From the NCBI RefSeq assembly GCF_006345805.1, contig NC_043001.1, positions 9,734,001 to 9,798,000 of the forward strand: a stretch of 64,000 nt of DNA, written 5' to 3'. Under the pieces are notes generated by a model. It had not been told where the DNA came from. It saw only the letters and a list, made by a program, of their open reading frames with translations, and did not search any database. Position numbers and translations under genes: made by a program. Shown here in pieces: positions 54,346 through 64,000 of this stretch; position 1 is the stretch's first letter, and every line of letters begins with the position of its first letter. Source of the DNA: Octopus sinensis (taxonomy: Eukaryota).

Positions 54346-55317
54346 TGATGGGTTTCTTTCAGTTTCCGTTTACCAAATCCACTCACAAGGCTTTGGTCGA
54401 CTCAAGGCTATAGTAGAAGACACTTGTCCAAGGTGCCATGCAGTGGAACTGAACCTGGAACCATGTGGTTGGGAACCAAGCCTCTTACCACACAACCACT
54501 GCTACATTTCACAACAAATCCTATCATAGTCACAAGGCTTGAAATTCAATGGCAGGGACTGAGTCAAATGCATTGAGCCCAGTACACAACCGGTACTTAT
54601 GTTATCAACTCTGAAAAGATGAAAAGCAAAGCAGACCCTGGTGGGATTTGAACTCAGAACATAACGACTGAGGAGATGTTGCTAAGCATTTTATCCTACA
54701 TGCTAACAACTGAGCCAACTCACCAATAAATAACAACCATATTTTCCTTTTTCTTTTTTTTTTTGTTTTTGTTATTGTTTATTTTCTTGGTCTTTTCTTT
54801 GTTAATTTAAATACACCAAACGGCCTTCCCGCTTCTCTCTCTGTCTTTTTTTTTTTTTTTTTTTTTTTATCTGTTTGTGGTGACAAAAATTGATTTTTGA
54901 AGATAAAGATGCAAAATACTGTTTTGTTTTTTCTTGTTTTTTTTTTTTAGAGCTGTGAACATTTTATTTTATTTATTTATCTACTTTCCTTTTAAATGCT
55001 AACAAATTAAATTAAGAGATACCTTAAAACTGATGAAGTGGGATTAGTTTAAGACTTTTAAAATGCTATTTCTAGAAGAGCAGTAATTCTTTAAAAGCTG
55101 CAGTTATTCAGTTGTATCATAGTTAGCCAGAGGAACTTAGCAATAGAATCTCTTCATTGATGTTTTACTGTTGTATTGATTTCGTGTTCTTCTTCTACTC
55201 CATTTATTGTACAAGAAAAACGATCTGTAGTTTCCCGTATACATTTGTACTGTAAGACAATATTCATATCGACAAGTTCGCTGGTTGCTTCTCCAATCTG
55301 AAGAATTGTGTAAGCTA

Positions 55318-55850
<533 letters not shown>

Positions 55851-56940
55851 ATGCCTGCATACGTGAGAATTGGTTGCGTCTAGTGTACCTGTACACAGGG
55901 TTTCTTTTCAGATTTTCACCTTTGGTTTAAATGCAGGTTTGGCTGTGTGGTAAGAAATTTGCTTTCTAATCATTTGGTCTTGGGTTCAACCCAACTGCAT
56001 GACACCTTTGGCATGTGTCTTCTGGTATAGAGCCAGGCCAACCAAAGCCTTGTGACTGGATTTGGTAGACAGAAACTGAAAGAAGCCTCTGTATTGGTGT
56101 GTTACCATTTCTTTGCTTTGACATTATGTAATAGTTGTAATCTTCTATGACAACCAGTGGCCTGGGAATGAAATTTGCTTAAGGGATGCAAACTCAGGTC
56201 CAATATTTTTTACCAAAAAAAGGGCTGATTTCTTTTTCAATCTTAATATCAGAACAAACACAAGTATAATAATATTTTTTATCATTACACATGGAAAAGT
56301 AATACTTCAAATCACTCCAAAAATTTTTCTATATTTGCTCATAAAAAGCATCATTTTAGCATGGGCGACACCAGTGCCGCCTAACTGGTCTCATGCTGGC
56401 GGCACATAAAAAGCACTATTTGAGAGTGGTTGATGCCAGTACTGCCTGACTGGTCCCACACCAGTAGCATGTAAAGAGCACCATTCTAGCATGGTTGATA
56501 ACAGTGCCACTTGACTGGCCCTCATGCCAGTGGCATGTAAAAGCACCCACTACACTCTCAGTCAATCTGTCCAACCCATGCCAGCATGGAAAGCAGACGT
56601 TAAACGATGATGGCAGCATATATATATGTGTGTATATGTGCGTGTGTGCATGTATGCATGTGTGTGTGTTTGTAGCCCACCAATGCTTGACGACTAATGG
56701 CAGTATGTTTGCATCGACATAACTGTGCAGTTCAGCAAAAGAAATTGATAGACTAAGTACCAGGCATTTAAAAAAAAATATATACTGGAGTCAATTCATT
56801 TGGCTAAAAATTTCTTCAAGGCGGTACCTCTAGCATGATCACAGTCAAATGAATAACACAAGTAAAAGACACACACACACACGTACCATTCATAGTTGTG
56901 GACCACTCACAAAGTGAGTGTGTCTGTGTGTGTGTAAATA

Positions 56941-56974
<34 letters not shown>

Positions 56975-57095
56975 CAAATTATATATATATCTCCTCACTC
57001 ACACACCATATGTACATACACATGTATAGATACATATGCACACACATGTACATACACATAAAAATATGCATATACACACATTTAGATACATGTAA

Positions 57096-57134
<39 letters not shown>

Positions 57135-57136
57135 TA

Positions 57137-57305
57137 TTATATAGAAGGAGCTTCTACAGGACTAGAACTGTTTCATTCAAAGAAACCATCAGGAAGCGAT
57201 ATATATAGTCCTGTAGAAGCTCCTTCTATATAACAAATTAATTTACTCTGCTATGTATTGAGTACCTTATTTACTGTGGTTAACCCCGACTCAACCTGGG
57301 ACCTA
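57137..57305. mobile_element. Putative Penelope-like pseudo-LTR remnant with inverted duplication
   Basis: Perfect 28-bp inverted repeat (57137-57164 and 57206-57233) overlapping an HHR motif. Confidence 0.55.
57150..57197 (-). ncRNA. Type I hammerhead ribozyme motif (A9>G)
   Basis: GCTTC-CTGATGG-TTTCTTTGAAT-GAA-ACAG-TTCTAGTC-CTGT-A|GAAGC: stem I 5 bp, stem III 4 bp, GUA cleavage triplet. Confidence 0.65.
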
Positions 57306-57306
57306 C

Positions 57307-57339
<33 letters not shown>

Positions 57340-57365
57340 GATACATACATACACACATACACACA

Positions 57366-57885
57366 TACGAGGGGCGTTCAATAAGTAATGCCTCTGACCC
57401 ACTTGCCGTTGATTGATCTAGCTGAGATTTTGCATGTGTAATTATTTATATCTCTATAGATTAAGTGGCAAATTACAGCTCTGAACTAATAGCGGTTTCT
57501 GATTTACATGTGTTTGAAATGAGTCAAATGAGTGTCGAGAAGTGATCCGGTTTTTGTATTTGAAATGACGCACACCACAGGAGACTTTTGATGAAATGAA
57601 AATAACTTATGGTGATGATGCCCCATCATATGACTTGTAAAACGCTGGCATCGTGAATTCAAACATGGTCGGAACTCTGTGGAACAGCTCCCAGATCTGG
57701 TCGCCCCCTTCTGCCATTGATGAAGCATCTGTCCGTCAAGTTGAGGCTGCCATTTTGGAAGATGGACGCATAACTATTCACCAAATAGCCCATGAGGTCA
57801 AGATTAGTACCGGGTCTGTGGAAACTATCATTCATGACCATTTACATATGCAAAAGGTGTCTGCCAGAGGGATTCCCAGGTTGCT
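57366..57885 (+). mobile_element. Truncated mariner element (left TIR + N-terminal transposase with stops and frameshifts)
   Basis: TA+CGAGGGGCGTTCAATAAG end; stitched translation VIRFLYLK*RTPQETFDEMKITYGDDAPSYDL-KRWHREFKHGRNSVE-APRSGRPPSAIDEASVRQVEAAILEDGRITIHQIAHEVKISTGSVETIIHDHLHMQKVSARGIPRLL (HTH region up to the WVPHEL-equivalent motif). Confidence 0.9.
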
Positions 57886-58609
57886 GGGAATCCCTCACCG
57901 AAAGACAACAGGAATGAGATGTATATATGTATATATATATATATATATATACCTATAATTACATACATATATACCTATAATTACATACATGTATACATAT
58001 GTGTACATATATACATATATGTACATACACATACAGACATATATACAAACTCACACACAAACACACACACACACACATACACAGGTACAATGACAACAAA
58101 AGTGGTTGTGTGTAGATAAAAATCAATGACAATGAGATCATTGTATAACAGGTACTTGATACATCGGCTCTGAAGTGATTGAAGCCATAGGCAAGCGCCA
58201 GTGAGAGAATTAGCATGGTATTATATAACAGCACCTTTGATTTCTCTTCTTGAAGATTGCTGAAGATAGATTTTCATAACCTCCATAAGAAATTTGAATA
58301 AAACAAGCTTTGCCGTTACCTGTGGCATGTTGTGAATTATCGGTCTTCTTCAGATATTCATGAAAGCTACTTCTTTTTGATATCGCTTGACTAGTTATCT
58401 TACACAGCGATAGACATGATATTCTTGTATAATTCGGTTGACTTCTGATGTAAATGTGTCTTTTGACCTTTTTTTTTAAATGTTGGCTACCTGCTTTTTT
58501 TTGTTTTTGTTTTTGTTTTTCTTCTTTCTTCTTTTTCTTTTTTACTTTCATAAGAATCTGGGTTTAACATCTTCACATTTATCTTATCTGCATCTATTTA
58601 TCTATGTCC

Positions 58610-59580
58610 GCCTATACATACATACATACATACATATATATATGTGTGTGTGTGTGTGTGTATGTAATGTAATGTATGTAATGTATGTATGTGTATGTAT
58701 GTATTATGTATGTATTTGTATATATATATATATATATATAATATATTATATAATGTATGTATGTTATGTATGTATGTGTATGTATATATGTGTATGTATA
58801 TATATGTGTATGTATGTATGTATGTATGTATGTATGTATGTATGTATGTATATATATGTATGTATGTATATATATATATATGTACACATATGTACATAAT
58901 AGATGTGCAGTATCTGTGTATGTACATGACTATACATGTACATATATATGTGTGTATGTGTGTATATATATATATAAATATATATTGCTTACATGTAATC
59001 TAAATGTGTGTATAATGCATATTTTTTTGTTTGTGTGCTTGTTGTGTGCATAGTTCTGTCATGTGTATGTACATATGGTGTGTGAGTGAGGATATATATA
59101 ATTTGTATATATATATATATATATATATATTATATTATGTAGGTATGTATGTATGTATGTATGTGTATGTATGTATGTATGTGTATGTATATATGTGTAT
59201 GTATGTATATATGTGTATGTATGTATGTATGTGTATGTATATATGTGTATGTATGTATATATGTGTATGTATGTATATATGTATATGTATGTATATGTAT
59301 ATATATATGTATGTATGTATATATATATATATATGTACACATATGTACATAAATAGATGTGCATGTATCTGTGTATGTACATGACTATACATGTACATAT
59401 ATATGTGTGTACGTGTATATATATATATATGCTTACATGTATCTAAATGTGTCTATATGCATATTTTTATGTGTATGTACATGTGTGTGCATATGTATCT
59501 ATACATGTGTATGTACATATGGTGTTTGAGTGAGGATATATATATATAATTTGTGTATATATATATATATATATATTTAC
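58610..59580. repeat. (TA/TG) low-complexity region containing a ~460-bp tandem duplication
   Basis: GTACACATATGTACATA...GACTATACATG at ~58880 and ~59335; GCTTACATGTA...GAGTGAGGATAT at 58987 and 59431. Confidence 0.85.
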
Positions 59581-59796
59581 ACACACACACAAACACACTC
59601 ACTTCGTAGTCCCAACATCCCATGATTTTGGGTTCAGTTTTAGTGCATGTTTCCATTGGCAAGTGTCTTCTTCATTAGCTCTGGGCCAATCAAAGTTTTG
59701 GGATTAGATTTGTAAGACTGCAACTGAATCAAGCACATGATGTATGTTCATACATACATACATACATATATATTATAATAATGCGTAAGTGTACAT

Positions 59797-60305
59797 GTTA
59801 GTTAGTTAGTTAGTTAGTTAATTTGGGGCTCAAAAAGCAAACAAAGGAAGGTATGTAGGGGGACATGGAGTTATGTACGGGTGGTGTTCATGTAAAGAGT
59901 TCAGCCCACTTGAGGTCAAGGAGACTTTGAACAACGCGGTTGTCGGCATCTTCACCATCTCGTCTGGCAGCTTATTCCACGGATCTGCAACCGGACGGAG
60001 AAAGCCCCTCTCCCTCGATTGAGATGAAATCGTCACAGATAGAGCTTTTCAGAATGACCTCGCAAGTGACGCTCTGGAGCAGGAGTGAAGAACAGCTCTT
60101 TCAAGAGGTTACACTTTCCGCTTATCGTGTTGTGAGCAAGAATGAGATCACCACGGCAGCGCGTTTTTCTAGAGAATAAAGGTCGAGCGTCTTCAGCCTT
60201 CTTATAAGACAATTCTGAGACCATGAACCATGCGGGTAGCCAGCTTCTGGACTCTTTCGAGATGCTGTATGTCTTTGAGGAGATAAGGAGAAGAGGCTTG
60301 TGTAA
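59797..60305 (-). mobile_element. 3' fragment of CR1-clade LINE with (TAAC)n tail
   Basis: Stitched translation SPYLLKDIQHLERVQKLATRMVHGLR..RCRGDLILAHNTISGK...RHLRGHSEKLYL..FSVRVADPWNKLPDEMVKMPTTALFKVSLDLKW; (GTTA)n at 59797-59820. Confidence 0.9.
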
Positions 60306-61056
60306 GCTTGTGTCTCCTTGTTCTGACATCATGTCATAGTCGTAAAGAAGTTACACTGTCAAGCAACTAGTGTTGTTCATTTCCAATATTTTATACAAAT
60401 ATGTTTGGTGATGGGAACTATTACCTCACTTAGAAGCTGGTGGGGGTTAAACAAGGGGCAAGGAATCTGGGCATAGAAATCTGTCTCAGTAGTATCTGTC
60501 CAACCCATGCAGGCATGGAAAAGGGGACACCAAAATGATACAGATTCTCTATCCACCCTTGCAGTGACATATACACACACATATACATCTATCATACATG
60601 TGGTTCTAAGTTTGTTTACAAATTTAATCTGCTGGTGCCCCGTTTAATTAATGTAGGTGGCCAACTTAACACAGATAGGTGAATGGGATCTGATTTTGTT
60701 TACATTTTCTTTAAGCAATCTCACTACCTTCTCAGTAGACAAAAAGACAGAGAGAGTGAGAGAGAGTGTGTGAGAGAGAGAGAGACAGACAGACATAGTC
60801 AGAGAGAGAGAGAGAGAGTGAATCCTGACAAGGTATTAATGAAAGACTAAACTAGTCGATCTGATAATTCTTCCTGGCTGCTGAGCTCATGGTGTCTAAC
60901 AACAGGGGTTTATTTTCACAGCAAAACTAAATATATGTTTTGTAAACATATGGATACAGCTAGGTTTACAAATTTAATATATATATATGTATATATATGT
61001 ATATATATGTATATATATGTATGCGTGTGCATGTGTATACAAACACACACACACAT

Positions 61057-61093
<37 letters not shown>

Positions 61094-61684
61094 TCTCTAC
61101 GTATTCTCTATATATAATTGCGTGCGTGTTTGTGATGGGGTAAACAGGCTCAATCCAGGCCATGATTCAGGTTAAAGCTTGTTCATTCCATCTTCTCATA
61201 TTAGAAATGTTTTCATATGAAGTCTGTATACACCAATGGAGTTCCACATGTATATCAAGTAAAAGGACTGATCCTTTTGATTGATGGCATATGATAGCCA
61301 ATAACTGTAGAGGAGCTTTGAAATGCATGTTATAAAGAGGATACCACAAATGATATTAAATCACACACACATACGCATACGCATGCAGTATTAACCATTC
61401 ATACACACACAGACAATGTTAACTTGAATACTCTTTTACTCTCTCTACTTGTTTCAGTCATTTGACTGTGGCCATGCTGGAGCACCGCCTTTAGTCGAGC
61501 AAATCGACCCCAGGACTTATCTCTTCTTCTAAACAGCAGAATCGTATCAGTGACTCTATTGGTCTCTTTTGCCGAACCGCTAAGTTATGGGGACGTAATA
61601 ACACCAGCAATCGTTGTCAAGCGATGTTGGGACAACACAGACACATAACACACACACACACACACACCACACACACACCACACA

Positions 61685-61739
<55 letters not shown>

Positions 61740-62100
61740 ATATATAATATATATATATATATATATTATACATATATACGACGGCTTCTTTCAGTTTCTG
61801 TCTACCAAATCCACTCACAAGGCTTGGTCAGCCCAAGGCTATAGTAGAAGCCACTTGCCCAAGGTGCCATGCAGTGGGACTGAAACCCGGAACCATGTGG
61901 TTGGTTTCAGCACCCCAAGTGTGACCTGGTCACTGATAAGATTCTGCTGTGTAGAAGAAGATAAGTCCCCATGTGTCTTTGAATAGCTAATACGTGTGTG
62001 TCTTCCACACCATTATTGCTTCAGTTCCAACACACTCACGGTTCAAATCACTCGCCTGGCAAGAACCGGGGTTGATTTGCTCAACAGAAATCCTTTAGGA

Positions 62101-62267
62101 TAGGCGCAGGAGTGGCTGTGTGGTAAGTAGCTTGCTAACCAACCACATGGTTCCGGGTTCAGTCCCACTGAGTGGCATCTTGGGCAAGTGTCTTCTGCTA
62201 TAGCCCCGGGTCGACCAATGCCTTGTGAGTGGATTTGGTAGACGGAAACTGAAAGAAGCCTGTCGTA

Positions 62268-62308
<41 letters not shown>

Positions 62309-62527
62309 TTGTGTGTCTGTGTTTGTTCCCCGAACATCGCTTGACAACTGATGCTGGTGTGTTTACGTCCCCGTAACTTAGCGGTTCGGCAAAAGAGACC
62401 GATAGAATAAGTACTGGGCTTACAAAAAATAATAAGTCCCGGGGTCGATTTGCTCGACTAAAGGCGGTGCTCCAGCATGGCCGCAGTCAAATGACTGAAA
62501 CAAGTAAAAGAGTAAAAGAGAGAGTAA
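62101..62527 (+). mobile_element. CORE-type SINE, full length (clearest copy)
   Basis: GTGGCTGTGTGG A box, GGTTCAGTCCC B box, CATCTTGGGCAAG CORE-like motif, internal (TA)(TG)n and an AAGAGTAAAAGAG tail; an extra tail copy at ~62526-62575. Confidence 0.9.
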
Positions 62528-62819
62528 GGTAGTGCTCCAGCATGGCCACAATCTGAGTGAGTGAAACGAGTAAATGCTAAAAGCTAAAGATCCTTATCTC
62601 AGCTTTGATCATTCAACAGCAATCTTTATCCCCTCAATTTCCTGCCATTCATTTATGAGGCATCTTTCGGAGGATTTCAATTTTCCCCATTCATTCTTCC
62701 AAACACTCCTCTCTCCTCTCTCTCCTCTCTTCAACACAAAAACCATTCCTTGTCAGGTTTCTTATCTCAACAAAGATGAGGATGCTCTTTACAATATTCC
62801 TTCCTCTTAAATATTACTG

Positions 62820-63280
62820 CAAACTCTCTCACTTTCTCTCTCTCACTTTCTCTCTCTCCTCCTCTCTTGCATTCTCTTGCACTCTCTCTCTGGCTCTCCC
62901 TCTCTTGCACTCTCTCTCTTTCTCTGGCTCTCCCTCTCTTGCACTCTCTCTCTTTCTCTGGCTCTTTCTCACCCTCTCTTTTTCTTTCTCTTTCTTGCTC
63001 TCTCTTACATTCTTTCCCTCTTTGTCTATCTCCCTCTCTCCTTGTCTTCATCTGTTTTCTCCCTCCTTCTCTCTCCCTCCTTCTCTCACTTTCTCTCTCC
63101 CTCTCTCACACTCTCTTGCTCTCTCTCTCTCTCTCTCTCTCTCTCTGGCTCTCTTCCTCTCTTTTTCTTTCTCTCTCTTGATCTCTCTTACATTCTTTCC
63201 ATGTTTGTCTCTCTCTCTCCCTCTCTTTGTCTTTATCTGTTTTTATTTTCGCTCACTCTCTCTCTCTCTTTCTCTCTCTA
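62820..63280. repeat. (CT)n-rich low-complexity tract
   Basis: Direct inspection. Confidence 0.95.
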
Positions 63281-63728
63281 TTGAGATGGTTGTTAGCGCC
63301 ATATTAAACTTGATAAAGTAGACTTGTTATATTATCAAAGACATTCTAACCATGACCATCATTTCTTGTTAACAATTCTTCCAGCCCACAGCCTTAATAA
63401 CAATAATAGCAACAACAACAACAACAACAATAATAATAATAATGCATTTAAATTTTGGCACAAGGCCAGCAAGTTTGCAGGAGGGGGTAAATTGATTACA
63501 TCAACCCCCAGTACATGACTGGTACTTAATTTATCAACCCCGAAAGTATGAACAGCAAAGCTGACTTTGCCAGAATTTGAACCCAAAACGTGCAAGAGAC
63601 AAAATGGCCATTAAGCATTTTACTCTGCCAGCTTATCACCTTAATAATGGTAATGTAACAGAGTGAGTCACTAATGTAAGTTGGAAGGAATATCTCCTAC
63701 ATGTAACATGTTCAAGTTGTAACATGTA

Positions 63729-63923
63729 TAGTTCTGTATTTAAGAGATGAAGAATTATTTACATTATTTACATTTGACGGATATTTGTCCTCATCTTGTT
63801 TGTTGTTAACACAACATTTCGGCTGATATACCCTCCAGCCCTCATCAGGTGTCTTCGTGAAATTTCAGACCTGGGTTCTTATTCCAAAGGTATTTTTCAA
63901 TGTTGTTGTTGTTGTTATTATTA

Positions 63924-63959
<36 letters not shown>

Positions 63960-64000
63960 TCACTGCCTGGAATTGAACTCAGAATCTTGGGGTTAGTAGC
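63729..64000 (-). mobile_element. tRNA head + (AAT/AAC)n + hammerhead-tail element (head runs off the window)
   Basis: Reverse complement GCTACTAACCCCAAGATTCTGAGTTCAATTCCAGGCAGTGACCTGAATAAT matches 27437-27485. Confidence 0.8.
63808..63853 (-). ncRNA. Minimal type I hammerhead ribozyme motif with intact core
   Basis: GACAC-CTGATGA-G-GGCTG-GAGGGTATAT-CAGCC-GAAATGTT-GTGTT; perfect 5-bp stem II. Confidence 0.75.

Noticed and set aside
55154-55310. Minus-strand segment open in two frames (IGEATSELVDMN...)
   Set aside because: No homology recognised and adjacent to a microsatellite.
58100-58470. Minus-strand ORFs including a hydrophobic stretch (MLILSLALAYGF...)
   Set aside because: No consistent exon structure or recognisable family.
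60610-60970. Cluster of forkhead-like TGTTTAC/GTAAACA motifs
   Set aside because: Short AT-rich motifs are expected by chance; function cannot be supported from sequence.

Overview
AT-rich, microsatellite- and transposon-saturated eukaryotic DNA, most likely intronic or intergenic. The repeat families look like those of an Octopus genome (recognition from memory, not a database result). I could not support any host protein-coding gene; nearly all ORFs in the track are translated microsatellites or repeats. The only protein-like segments are decayed transposon fragments: mariner (57.4-57.9 kb), CR1 LINE (59.8-60.3 kb), CR1/L2-group LINE (25.2-25.5 kb) and R4/Dong LINE (51.7-52.0 kb). The window also holds many tRNA-derived SINEs (CORE-, Meta- and V-type central domains with interchangeable tails), TTAA-specific piggyBac-type MITEs (including a dimer reinserted as a unit), a Helentron-associated element, and Tc1/pogo ends. 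The most notable signal is hammerhead ribozyme (HHR) motifs of two families. One is a tRNA-headed SINE-like element carrying a Penelope-type minimal HHR (three copies at 26.6, 27.6 and 63.8 kb, whose consensus restores the full catalytic core). The other is a near-complete type I HHR within a perfect 28-bp inverted repeat at 57.15 kb.
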